From positions 10,261,778 through 10,325,777 of the forward strand of contig CM082597.2 of assembly GCA_040954595.2 (NCBI GenBank): a DNA stretch of 64,000 bases, read 5' to 3'. A model generated the notes under the pieces. That model was not told where the DNA came from. It searched no databases and saw only the letters and a list, made by a program, of their open reading frames with translations. Shown here in pieces: positions 41,666 through 54,451 of this stretch. The position numbers were made by a program, and so were the translations under genes. The stretch comes from Balanoglossus misakiensis. Its lineage: Eukaryota > Animalia > Hemichordata. Every line of letters begins with the position of its first letter. The first letter of the stretch is position 1.

Positions 41666-43569
41666 CTGTTCAATACGATATTATAAAGATGTTTGTTCCA
41701 TATCACATTCCATATCATATACGTCCACAAAAACTGTTCAAAATGATTATTTTCTTATATCGCACGTTTTTTGATAAAAATTAATTAGTAATGATTTCAA
41801 ACTCAAAAACATTCTTATTTTGGCTTATAAACATTCTAAAATCCTTTTAAAATTTTTCTCTCGATTCAAGGCTTATAAACACTTATTAATCAATCTAAAA
41901 CATTTCTTTGGCACGAAAACTTTTCAATACGACATAAAATGATGCATGTTCCATATTGCGTTTTTTATATTAAAAAAGACTATAAACATTTCAAATTTAA
42001 AAACATTCTAATTTAGGCTTTAAACACTGAAGGATTATGTAAAATCGATTTTATATTAATTTGCGCATTTTGAAGTAATTTATTTATTAAGCGATTTTCT
42101 GCGAATACAAATCGATTTTAGGCTTAACAACACTTTGTTATCATTCAAACTGTTCAATACGATATTAAAATGATGTTTGTTCCATATCGCATGTTTATAA
42201 TAAATAGTATTTTTAATTTAAAAGCACTCTACTTAAGGCATAAAAATCGATGTTATAATGGTATTGCGTATCTTAAATAAAATTTATTTAATAAGCGTTT
42301 TCAATATGAATACACATCGATTTCAGGCTTAAACACTTTTTATAATCTATATTTATCTTTGATAATAATAATAAAACACCCATATTTTGGGCACGAAAAC
42401 TTTTCATGAAAATTTTTATATAATATTCATTTTTTCCCACGAAAAGTGTTATATAAGACACGAAGTCGATGTTACACTCGAATTGCGTATTTTGAATGTA
42501 AATGATTAAAAAAGCAATTGTAGCGTATATGCTATCTGATTTAAGGTTTTTCGACACTTTGAAATTGTTCTAAATTTAATATAAAACCAACCTTCATTTG
42601 GGCACTAGACTGTTCAAAGTTCGATATTTGTTCCATATCTCATAATTTTCATAACATGATTTAACAATTGTTTCAAACCCAAACATCCTTTTAAAATGTT
42701 TCTCTGAAAATATAAATTTTCATGATTTGGCTAAAAAAGGTCTTTATTACGATAAAAAAAATCAATGTTTTATTCACATTGCATGGTTTGAAATAAAATA
42801 ATTTAATAATTGATAAATACACTGATTGAATGCTTTTTAATGCTTTTTATCATTCTAAAACATTTCTTTTAAAGTATTTCCCAAAACGATATTAAAAACG
42901 ATTCAATTAGCATTACATTTTTAAAAACTTATTTGGGGTTAAAACACTGTTAGCTCATTATACAATGCCTTTTTTAGAATTTTAATTAAAATGCATTTTT
43001 TTAGTATGAAAAATGTTTTTTACGGTATAAAATCGATGTTATAATAACATTGCCTTTTTAAAATAAAAAGTGATTTAATAAGCGATCTTATATTAGAACA
43101 CACCGATTTAAGGTTTAACACACTTTCTTTGATGATATTGATCATTATAAAACCTTTCATTGAAAATTATATCTGAAACTTATTTTTTTAAGAAAAATGT
43201 TTAATTCGATGTAAAATTGATGTTATATTCACATTGCCTTTTTTGACCGAAAAATAATTTAAGCAGCAATTCTTATAAAAATACTCCGGACTATAGGCTA
43301 TGAAACGCTTTTTAATAATTCTAAAACTATCATTAAAAGTATTACTAAAACCCAATATTTTGGAACGAAAACTGCTCAATTCAACATCAAAACGTTGTTT
43401 GTTCCTTATTGCACTTTTATATTAAAAACGATTCCATAAGCATTTAAACTTTACAAGCAATCTAATTTATCAATTAATACAATGTTAGTTTATCATAAAT
43501 ACCCCTTTGAAAATAGTATATAAATTGCAATATTTTGGTCCGAAGTTTAATACAGTATTAAATCAACTC
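41666..43569. repeat. Diverged AT-rich monomer region related to the 629-bp repeat (~150-bp ancestral subunit)
   Basis: Recurrent degenerate motifs AATCGATGTTATA (~42042, 42245, 42465, 42760, 43031, 43215), TGTTCCATAT (~41694, 41947, 42178, 42629) and TTTTGGCACGAAAA-like; related forms occur inside the 629-bp unit. Confidence 0.75.
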
Positions 43570-44329
43570 TTACCCTTGACCCTTGAATCCTAACCCTTCA
43601 CCCTTGAACTCTAACATGAATCTTGAATTCTTACAGTTGAACCTTTGACCCTTAAATTGTATCCCTTGACCCTTGAACTTTATCATTTGACCCTTGAAAT
43701 CTAATCTTTGGCCACTGATCCTTTGTCCTTTTATCCTTGACCATTGACTTCTGAACCCATGTTCCTTTATCTCAAACTCTTGAACTCTAACCCTTGACCT
43801 TTGAACCATCAACTCTAACCAATGACATTTGACCCCTTGACTTTAACTCCAACTTTTGACTATTGAACGTTAACCCTTGAACGTTGACCCTTGACCCCTT
43901 GATCTTTGATCTCTAAATCTTGAACTCTAACCCTTGACCTTTGACCCTTTGACCCCTTGATCCATGATCTCCAACTCTTGAACTCTAACCGTTGACATTT
44001 GAACCTTCTACTCTAACCATTGACCTTTGAACCTTCAACTCTAACCCTTGACCCTTCACCTCTTGACATTAACTCCAACTTTTGACTTTTGAACTCTAAC
44101 CCTTGACCTTTGACCCTTGACCTTTGACCCTTGAAATCTAACCTTTGACCCTTTGACCCCTTGATCCTTGATCTCCAATTCTTGAACTCTAACCCTTGAC
44201 TCTTGACCTCTTGACCTTAACTCCAACGTTTGACTTTTGAAATCTAACCCTTGACCTTTGACCCTTGACCTTTGACCCATGAAATCTAACTTTTGACCCT
44301 TGACACTTTGACCGCTTGATCCTAGATTT

Positions 44330-47300
44330 CCAACTCTTGAACTCTAACCCTTGACCTATGAACCTTCAACTCTAACCCTTGACCTTTGAACCTTCAACTC
44401 TAACCCTTGACTCTTGACCTCTTGACCTAAACTCCAACTTTTGACGTTTGACGTCTAACCCTTGAATTTTGACCCTTGACCTTTGACCCTTGAAATCTAA
44501 CCTTTGACCCTTTGACCCCTTGACCCTTGATCTCCATCTCTTGAACTCTAACCCTTGACCTTTGAACCTTCAACTCTAACCCTTGACCTCTTGACCTTAA
44601 CTCAAACCTTTGACTTTTTAACTCTAACCATTGACCTTTGATCCTTGACCTATGACCCTTGAAATCTAACATTTGACCCTTGACCCTTTGACCCCTTGAT
44701 CCTTGATCTCCAATTCTTGAACTCTAACCCTTGACCTAACCCTAACCCTAACCCTAACCCCCTAACCCTAACTCTAAGCCTTGACCTTTGAACCTTCAAC
44801 CCTAACCCTTGACCCTTGACCTCTTGACCTTAACTCCAACCTTTGAACTCTAACCGTTGACCTTTGACCCTTGATCTATAACCTTTTACCCTTGAACAAT
44901 ATCACTTAAACTCTAATTCTTGGCCACTGACTCTTGGTCCCTTGACCTTTGACCCTTAACCCTTGCAACTTTGACTTTTGAAATCTAACCGTTGACCCCT
45001 TGATCCTTTGACCCCTTGATCTTTGGTCTCCAACTCTTGAACTCTAACCCTTGACCTTTGAACCTTCAACTCAAACCCTTGACCTCTTGACCTTAACTGC
45101 AACTTTAGACTTTTGAACTCTTACCCTTGACCTTTGACCCTTGACCTTTGACCATTGAAATCTAACCTTTGACACTTGACCCTTTGACCCCTTGATCCTT
45201 GATCTCCAATTCTTGAACTCTAACCCTTGACCTCTTGACCTTAACTCCAACCTTTGACTTTTGAACTCTAACCGTTGACCTTTGACCCTTGAACTATAAC
45301 CTTTTACCCTTGAACTATATCACTTAAACTCTAATTCTTGGCCACTGACTCTTGGTCCATTGACCCTTGACCTTTGACCCTTGACCCTTGCAACTTTGAC
45401 CTTTAAAATCTAACCTTTGACCCCTTGATCCTTTGACCCCTTGATCCTTGATCTCCAACTCTTGAAATCTAACCGTTGACTTTTGACCCTTGACCTTTGA
45501 CCCTTGAAATGTAACCTTTGACCTTTGACCCCTTGATCCCTGATCTCCAACTCTTGAACTCTAACCCTTGACCTTTGAACCTTCAACTCTAACCCTTGAC
45601 CCTTGACCTCTTGACCTTTACTCCAACTTCAGACTTTTGAAATCTAACCCTTGACCTTTGACCCTTGACCTTTGACCATTGAAATGTAACCTTTGACCCC
45701 TTGATCCTTGATCTCCAACTCTTGAACTCTAACCCTTGACCTTTGAACCTTCAACTCTAACCCTTGACCCTTGACCTATTGACCTTAACTCCAACTTTGG
45801 ACTTTTGAACTCTTACCATTGACCTTTGACCCTTGAACTATAACCTTTGACCCTTGCAACTTTGACCTTTGAAATCTAACCGTTGACCCCTTGATCCTTT
45901 GACCCCTTGATCTTTGATCTCCAACTCTTGAACTCTAACCATTGACCTTTGACCCTTGAACTATAACCTTTGACCGTTGAACTATATCACGTAATCTCTA
46001 ATACTTGGCCACTGACTCTTGGTCCCTTGACCCTTGACCCTTGCAACTTTGACCCTTGAAATCTAACCTTTGACTTTTTGACCCCTTGATCCTTGTTCTC
46101 ATACTCTTGAACTCTAAGCCTTGGCCTTTGAACCTTCAACTCTAACCATTGACCCTTGACCTCTTGACTTTAACTCCAACTTTTGACTTATGAACTCTAA
46201 CCCTTGACCTTTGACCCTTGACCTTTGACCCTTGAAATCTAACCTTTGACCCTTGACCCTTTGACCCCTTGATCCTTCATCTCCAATTCTTGAACTCTAA
46301 CCCTTGACTCTTGACCTTAACTCCAACTTTTGAATTCTAACCCTTGACCCTTGACCCTTGCACCTTTGACCCTTGAAATATAACCTTTGATCCTTGATCT
46401 CCTACTCTTGAACTCTAACCCTTGACCTTTGAACCTTCAACTCTTACACTTGACCCTTGACCTCTTGACCTTAACTCCAACTTTTGACTTTTGAAATCTA
46501 ACCCTTGACCTTTGACCCTTGAAATCTAACCTTTGACCCTTGACACTTTGACCGCTTGATCCTAGATCTCCAACTCTTGAACTCTAACCCTTGACCTTTG
46601 AACCTTCAACTCTAACCCTTGACTCTTGACCTCTTGACCTTAACTCCAACTTTTGACGTTTGACGTCTAACCCTTGACCTTTGATCCTTGACCTTTGACC
46701 CTTGAAATCTAACCTTTGACTTTTTGACCCCTTGATCCTTGATCTCATACTCTTGAACTCTAAGCCTTGGCGTTTGAACCTTCAACCCTAACCCTTGACC
46801 CTTGACCTCTTGACCTTAACTCCAACCTTTGACTTTTGAACTCTAACCGTTGACCTTTGACCCTTGAACTATAACCTTTTACCCTTGAACTATATCACTT
46901 AAACTCTAAGTCTTGGCCACTGACTCTTGGTCCCTTGACCTTTGACCTTTGACCCTTGCAACTTTGACTTTTGAAATCTAACCGTTGACCCCTTGATCCT
47001 TTGACCCCTTGATCTTTGATCTCCAACTCTTGAACTCTAACCCTTGACCTATGAACCTTCAACTCTAACCCTTGACCTTTGAACCTTCAACTCTAACCCT
47101 TGACTCTTGACCTCTTGACCTAAACTCCAACTTTTGACGTTTGACGTCTAACCCTTGAATTTTGACCCTTGACCTTTGACCCTTGAAATCTAACCTTTGA
47201 CCCTTTGACCCCTTGACCCTTGATCTCCATCTCTTGAACTCTAACCCTTGACCTTTGAACCTTCAACTCTAACCCTTGACCTCTTGACCTTAACTCAAAC

Positions 47301-49743
47301 CTTTGACTTTTTAACTCTAACCATTGACCTTTGATCCTTGACCTATGACCCTTGAAATCTAACATTTGACCCTTGACCCTTTGACCCCTTGATCCTTGAT
47401 CTCCAATTCTTGAACTCTAACCCTTGACCTAACCCTAACCCTAACCCTAACCCCCTAACCCTAACTCTAAGCCTTGACCTTTGAACCTTCAACCCTAACC
47501 CTTGACCCTTGACCTCTTGACCTTAACTCCAACCTTTGAACTCTAACCGTTGACCTTTGACCCTTGATCTATAACCTTTTACCCTTGAACAATATCACTT
47601 AAACTCTAATTCTTGGCCACTGACTCTTGGTCCCTTGACCTTTGACCCTTAACCCTTGCAACTTTGACTTTTGAAATCTAACCGTTGACCCCTTGATCCT
47701 TTGACCCCTTGATCTTTGGTCTCCAACTCTTGAACTCTAACCCTTGACCTTTGAACCTTCAACTCAAACCCTTGACCTCTTGACCTTAACTGCAACTTTA
47801 GACTTTTGAACTCTTACCCTTGACCTTTGACCCTTGACCTTTGACCATTGAAATCTAACCTTTGACACTTGACCCTTTGACCCCTTGATCCTTGATCTCC
47901 AATTCTTGAACTCTAACCCTTGACCTCTTGACCTTAACTCCAACCTTTGACTTTTGAACTCTAACCGTTGACCTTTGACCCTTGAACTATAACCTTTTAC
48001 CCTTGAACTATATCACTTAAACTCTAATTCTTGGCCACTGACTCTTGGTCCATTGACCCTTGACCTTTGACCCTTGACCCTTGCAACTTTGACCTTTAAA
48101 ATCTAACCTTTGACCCCTTGATCCTTTGACCCCTTGATCCTTGATCTCCAACTCTTGAAATCTAACCGTTGACTTTTGACCCTTGACCTTTGACCCTTGA
48201 AATGTAACCTTTGACCTTTGACCCCTTGATCCCTGATCTCCAACTCTTGAACTCTAACCCTTGACCTTTGAACCTTCAACTCTAACCCTTGACCCTTGAC
48301 CTCTTGACCTTTACTCCAACTTCAGACTTTTGAAATCTAACCCTTGACCTTTGACCCTTGACCTTTGACCATTGAAATGTAACCTTTGACCCCTTGATCC
48401 TTGATCTCCAACTCTTGAACTCTAACCCTTGACCTTTGAACCTTCAACTCTAACCCTTGACCCTTGACCTATTGACCTTAACTCCAACTTTGGACTTTTG
48501 AACTCTTACCATTGACCTTTGACCCTTGAACTATAACCTTTGACCCTTGCAACTTTGACCTTTGAAATCTAATCGTTGACCCCTTGATCCTTTGACCCCT
48601 TGATCTTTGATCTCCAACTCTTGAACTCTAACCATTGACCTTTGACCCTTGAACTATAACCTTTGACCGTTGAACTATATCACGTAATCTCTAATACTTG
48701 GCCACTGACTCTTGGTCCCTTGACCCTTGACCCTTGCAACTTTGACCCTTGAAATCTAACCTTTGACTTTTTGACCCCTTGATCCTTGTTCTCATACTCT
48801 TGAACTCTAAGCCTTGGCCTTTGAACCTTCAACTCTAACCATTGACCCTTGACCTCTTGACTTTAACTCCAACTTTTGACTTATGAACTCTAACCCTTGA
48901 CCTTTGACCCTTGACCTTTGACCCTTGAAATCTAACCTTTGACCCTTGACCCTTTGACCCCTTGATCCTTCATCTCCAATTCTTGAACTCTAACCCTTGA
49001 CTCTTGACCTTAACTCCAACTTTTGAATTCTAACCCTTGACCCTTGACCCTTGCACCTTTGACCCTTGAAATATAACCTTTGATCCTTGATCTCCTACTC
49101 TTGAACTCTAACCCTTGACCTTTGAACCTTCAACTCTTACACTTGACCCTTGACCTCTTGACCTTAACTCCAACTTTTGACTTTTGAAATCTAACCCTTG
49201 ACCTTTGACCCTTGAAATCTAACCTTTGACCCTTGACACTTTGACCGCTTGATCCTAGATCTCCAACTCTTGAACTCTAACCCTTGACCTTTGAACCTTC
49301 AACTCTAACCCTTGACTCTTGACCTCTTGACCTTAACTCCAACTTTTGACGTTTGACGTCTAACCCTTGACCTTTGATCCTTGACCTTTGACCCTTGAAA
49401 TCTAACCTTTGACTTTTTGACCCCTTGATCCTTGATCTCATACTCTTGAACTCTAAGCCTTGGCGTTTGAACCTTCAACCCTAACCCTTGACCCTTGACC
49501 TCTTGACCTTAACTCCAACCTTTGACTTTTGAACTCTAACCGTTGACCTTTGACCCTTGAACTATAACCTTTTACCCTTGAACTATATCACTTAAACTCT
49601 AAGTCTTGGCCACTGACTCTTGGTCCCTTGACCTTTGACCTTTGACCCTTGCAACTTTGACTTTTGAAATCTAACCGTTGACCCCTTGATCCTTTGACCC
49701 CTTGATCTTTGATCTCCAACTCTTGAACTCTAACCCTTGACCT
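44330..49743. repeat. Near-perfect 2693-bp tandem duplication within the C-rich satellite
   Basis: Identical ORFs at 44427-44672 and 47120-47365. The match runs from CAACTCTTGAACTCTAACCCTTGACCTATG (44331/47024) to ~47050/49743. One difference was noticed, at ~45880/48573. Confidence 0.92.
44735..44772 (-). repeat. Short canonical (CCCTAA)n tract of about 6 units; duplicated at 47428-47465
   Basis: CCTAACCCTAACCCTAACCCTAACCCCCTAACCCTAAC read directly. Confidence 0.93.
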
Positions 49744-52700
49744 TTGACCCTTGACCCTTGAAATCTAACCTTTGACCCATGACCCTTTGACCCCATGATC
49801 CTTGATCTCCAACTCTTGAACTCTAATCCTTGACCTTTGAACCTTCAACTCAAACCGTTGACCTCTTGACCTTAACTGCAACTTTTGACTTTTGAACTCT
49901 AACCCTTGACCTTTGACCCTTGACCTTTGACCATTGAAATCTAACCTTTGACACTTGACCCTTTGACCCCTTGATCCTTGATCTCCAATTCTTGAACTCT
50001 AACCCTTGACTCTTGACCTCTTGACCTTAACTCTAACTTTGGACTTTTGAAATCTAACCCTTGACCTTTGACCCTTGACCTTTGACCCTTGAAATCTAAC
50101 CTTTGACCCTTGACCCTTTGACCCCTTGATCCTTTATCTCCAACTCTTGAACTCTAACCCTTGACCTTTGAACCTTCAACCCTAACCCTTGACCCTTGAC
50201 CTCTTGACCTTAACTCCAACCTTTGACTTTTGAACTCTAACCGTTTACCTTTGACCCTTGAACTATAACCTTTTACCCTTGAACTATATCACTTAAACTC
50301 TAATTCTTGGCCACTGACTCTTGGTCCATTGACCCTTGACCTTTGACCCTTGACCCTTGCAACTTTGACCTTTAAAATCTAACCTTTGACCCCTTGATCC
50401 TTTGACCCCTTGATCCTTGATCTCCAACTCTTGAAATCTAACCGTTGACTTTTGACCCATGACCTTTGACCCTTGAAATGTAACCTTTGACCTTTGACCC
50501 CTTGATCCTTGACCTTTGACCCTTGAAATCTAACCTTTGACCCTTGACCCTTTGACCCTTTGATCCTTCATCTCCAATTCTTGAAATCTAACCCTTGACT
50601 CTTGACCTCTTGACCTTAACTCCAACTTTTGACTTTTGAAATCTAACCCTTGACCTTTGACCCTTGAAATCTAACCTTTGACCCTTGACACTTTGACCGC
50701 TTGATCCTAGATCTCCAACTCTTGAACTCTAACCCTTGACCTTTGAACCTTCAACTCTAACCCTTGACTCTTGACCTCTTGACCTAAACTCCAACTTTTG
50801 ACGTTTGACGTCTAACCCTTGACCTTTGATCCTTGACCTTTGACCCTTGAAATCTAACCTTTGACTTTTTGACCCCTTGATCCTTGATCTCATACTCTTG
50901 AACTCTAAGCCTTGGCCTTTGAACCTTCAACCCTAACCCTTGACCCTTGACCTCTTGACCTTAACTCCAACCTTTGACTTTTGAACTCTAACCGTTGATC
51001 TTTGACCCTTGAACTATAACCTTTTACCCTTGAACTATATCACTTAAACTCTAATTCTTGGCCACTGACTCTTAGTCCCTTGAGCCTTGACCCTTGACCC
51101 TTTGACCCTTGCAACTTTGACCTTTGAAATCTAACCGTTGACCCCTTGATCCTTTGACCCCTTGATCTTTGATCTCCAACTCTTGAACTCTAACCATTGA
51201 CCTTTGACCCTTGAACTATAACCTTTGACCCTTGAACTATATCAAGTAATCTCTAATACTTGGCCACTGACTCTTGGTCCCTTGACCCTTGACCCTTGCA
51301 ACTTTGACCCTTGAAATCTAATCTTTGACCCTTTGACCCCTTGATCCTTGATCTCCAACTCTTGAACTTTAATCCTTGACCCTTGAACCTTCAACTCTAA
51401 CCATTGACCCTTGACCTCTTGACTTTAACTCCAACTTTTGACTTTCTAACTCTAACCCTTGACCTTTGACCCTTGACCTTTGACAATTGAAATCTAACAT
51501 TTGACCCTTGACCCTTTGACCCCTTGATCCTTCATCTCCAATTCTTGAACTCTAACCCTTGACTCTTGACCTCCTGACCTTAACTCCAACTTTTGACTTT
51601 TGAAATCTAACCCTTGACCCTTGACCCTTGCACCTTTGACCCTTGAAATATAATCTTTGATCCTTGATCTCCTACTCTTGAACTCTAACCCTTGACCTTT
51701 GAACCTTCAACTCTAACCCTTGACTCTTGACCTCTTGACCTTAACTCCAACTTTTGACTTTTGAAATCTAACCCTTGACCTTTGACCCTTGACCTTTGAC
51801 CCTTGAAATCTAACCTTTGACCCTTGACACTTTGACCGCTTGATCCTAGATCTCCAACTCTTGAACTCTAACCCTTGACCTTTGAACCTTCAACTCTAAC
51901 CCTTGACTCTTGACCTCTTGACCTAAACTCCAACTTTTGACGTTAGACGTCAAACCCTTGACCTTTGATCCTTGACCTTTGACCCTTGAAATCTAACCTT
52001 TGACTTTTTGACCCTTGATCCTTGATCTCATACTCTTGAACTCTAAGCCTTGGCCTTTGAACCTTCAACCCTAACCCTTGACCCTTGACCTCTTGACCTT
52101 AACTCCAACCTTTGACTTTTGAACTCTAAACCTTGACCTTTGACCCTTGACCTTTGACCCTTGAAATCTAACATTTGACCCTTGACCCTTTGACCCCTTG
52201 ATCCTTCATCTCCAATTCTTGAACTCTAACCCTTGACTCTTGACCTCTTGACCTTAACTCCAACTTTTGACTTTTGAAATCTAACCCTTGACCCTTGACC
52301 CTTGCACCTTTGACCCTTGAAATATAATCTTTGATCCTTGATCTCCTACTCTTGAACTCTAACCCTTGACCTTTGAACCTTCAACTCTAACCCTTGACTC
52401 TTGACCTCTTGACCTTAACTCCAACTTTTGACTTTTGAAATCTAACCCTTGAACTTTGATCCTAGATCTCCAACTCTTGAACTCTAACCCTTGACCTTTG
52501 AACCTTCAACTCTAACCCTTGACTCTTGACCTCTTGACCTAAACTCCAACTTTTGACGTTTGACGTCTAACCCTTGACCTTTGATCCTTGACCTTTGACC
52601 CTTGAAATCTAACCTTTGACTTTTTGACCCCTTGATCCTTGATCTCATACTCTTGAACTCTAAGCCTTGGCCTTTGAACCTTCAACCCTAACCCTTGACC

Positions 52701-53065
52701 CTTGACCTCTTGACCTTAACTCCAACCTTTGACTTTTGAACTCTAACCGTTGATCTTTGACCCTTGAACTATAACCTTTTACCCATGAACTATATCACTT
52801 AAACTCTAATTCTTGGCCACTGACTCTTGGTCCCTTGACCTTTGACCTTTGACCCTTGACCCTTGCAACTTTGACCTTTAAAATCTAACCGTTGACCCCT
52901 TGATCCTTTGACCCCTTGATCTTTGATCTCCAACTCTTGAACTCTAACCCTTGACCTTTGACCCTTGACCCTTGAAATCTAACCTTTGACCCATGACCCT
53001 TTGACCCCATGATCCTTGATCTCCAACTCTTGAACTCTAATCCTTGACCTTTGAACCTTCAACTC

Positions 53066-53861
53066 AGGGTTAGGGTTAGGGTTAGGGTTAGGGTTAGGGT
53101 TAGGGTTAGGGTTAGGGTTAGGGTTAGGGTTAGGGTTAGGGTTAGGGTTAGGGTTAGGGTTAGGGTTAGGGTTAGGGTTAGGGTTAGGGTTAGGGTTAGG
53201 GTTAGGGTTAGGGTTAGGGTTAGGGTTAGGGTTAGGGTTAGGGTTAGGGTTAGGGTTAGGGTTAGGGTTAGGGTTAGGGTTAGGGTTAGGGTTAGGGTTA
53301 GGGTTAGGGTTAGGGTTAGGGTTAGGGTTAGGGTTAGGGTTAGGGTTAGGGTTAGGGTTAGGGTTAGGGTTAGGGTTAGGGTTAGGGTTAGGGTTAGGGT
53401 TAGGGTTAGGGTTAGGGTTAGGGTTAGGGTTAGGGTTAGGGTTAGGGTTAGGGTTAGGGTTAGGGTTAGGGTTAGGGTTAGGGTTAGGGTTAGGGTTAGG
53501 GTTAGGGTTAGGGTTAGGGTTAGGGTTAGGGTTAGGGTTAGGGTTAGGGTTAGGGTTAGGGTTAGGGTTAGGGTTAGGGTTAGGGTTAGGGTTAGGGTTA
53601 GGGTTAGGGTTAGGGTTAGGGTTAGGGTTAGGGTTAGGGTTAGGGTTAGGGTTAGGGTTAGGGTTAGGGTTAGGGTTAGGGTTAGGGTTAGGGTTAGGGT
53701 TAGGGTTAGGGTTAGGGTTAGGGTTAGGGTTAGGGTTAGGGTTAGGGTTAGGGTTAGGGTTAGGGTTAGGGTTAGGGTTAGGGTTAGGGTTAGGGTTAGG
53801 GTTAGGGTTAGGGTTAGGGTTAGGGTTAGGGTTAGGGTTAGGGTTAGGGTTAGGGTTAGGG
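53066..53861 (+). repeat. Perfect internal (TTAGGG)n tract, ~132 units
   Basis: No variant unit seen; the uninterrupted dipeptide ORFs across it confirm the absence of frameshifting indels. Confidence 0.99.
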
Positions 53862-53885
53862 TCCGGTGGGCATTCGGGGACCTGA
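53856..53885 (+). repeat. Left TIR
   Basis: 27/30 match to the reverse complement of 58891-58920. Confidence 0.88.
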
Positions 53886-54090
53886 AGTTGGGCATTGAGG
53901 GACCTGAAGTTGGGCATTGAGGGACCTGAAGTTGGGCATTGAGGGACCTGAGTCCCCTAATGCCCAACTTCAAGTCCCCTAATGCCCAACTTCAGGTCCC
54001 TCAATGCCCAACTTCAGGTCACCGAATGCCCAACATAGAGTCTCACAATGCCCAACTTACGTCATAAGTTGGGCATTAGGGGACCCGAAA
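53868..54090. repeat. 22-bp subterminal repeats: 4 direct, 5 inverted, 1 direct (foldback)
   Basis: GGGCATTGAGGGACCTGAAGTT-type units at 53868, 53890, 53912, 53934; inverted units at 53951, 53973, 53995, 54017, 54039; a direct copy at 54064-54090; a further copy at 58731-58753. Confidence 0.93.
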
Positions 54091-54451
54091 TTTTTTTTTT
54101 TAGGCGTGGTTAGGTCAAGGTCAAGTGGGTAAGTCCCTTATTTGGTTTCAATTCATACATCTATTATTAATACATACCTTTAGCTAGTTAACTTTAGTTT
54201 ATTATTTTTTTTTGATACAAAAAAGTTTATTTGAAAATATTTATTTTCCATACTTTTTCAATAATTTTTTTTGACTGCTTAATGATGTCCGATTTTCATT
54301 CTGAAAACAGTTTTAGAGAGCAAATCTTCTCCTTTTACAACAGTTAAAAAATCATACTCAACCACACTCAACTTATTTTTTTATAGGCTATCAAACAAAA
54401 CATATAATTTGTTGAAAATGAACTTTTTTAAAAATTGTTTTTTTCACACCT

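Larger units (their letters stand above)
43570..53066. repeat. Complex C-rich satellite built from ~7-bp words (TGACCCT, TGACCTT, TGAACTC, TAACCCT); telomere-like, G-rich strand is the minus strand
   Basis: Continuous 9.5 kb of CTCTAACCCTTGACCTTTGACCC-type words, with a recurring marker TCTTGGCCACTGACTCTTGGTCC. The proximal ~300 bp is the most diverged. Confidence 0.97.

Noticed and set aside
37055-42557. 60-152-aa ORFs in and around the 629-bp repeat
   Set aside because: Low-complexity AT-rich translations, broken in some copies, with no recognisable domain.
43570-47365. Minus-strand ORFs rich in KGQ/RSRV
   Set aside because: Translations of the low-complexity satellite.
53000-53130. Telomere-telomere fusion site
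   Set aside because: A fusion gives (TTAGGG)n followed by (CCCTAA)n; the order here is the reverse.
53066-53861. Internal tract length (796 bp) equals the 797-bp satellite period
   Set aside because: There is no sequence relationship or mechanism; treated as coincidence.
52979-53973. Long ORFs of 289-312 aa (poly-PN, poly-RV, poly-LT)
   Set aside because: These are stop-free readings of perfect (TTAGGG)n; there is no evidence of expression.
53868-54060. 22-bp repeats as a CRISPR array
   Set aside because: There are no unique spacers, the orientation flips midway, no cas genes are present, and the context is a eukaryotic telomere.
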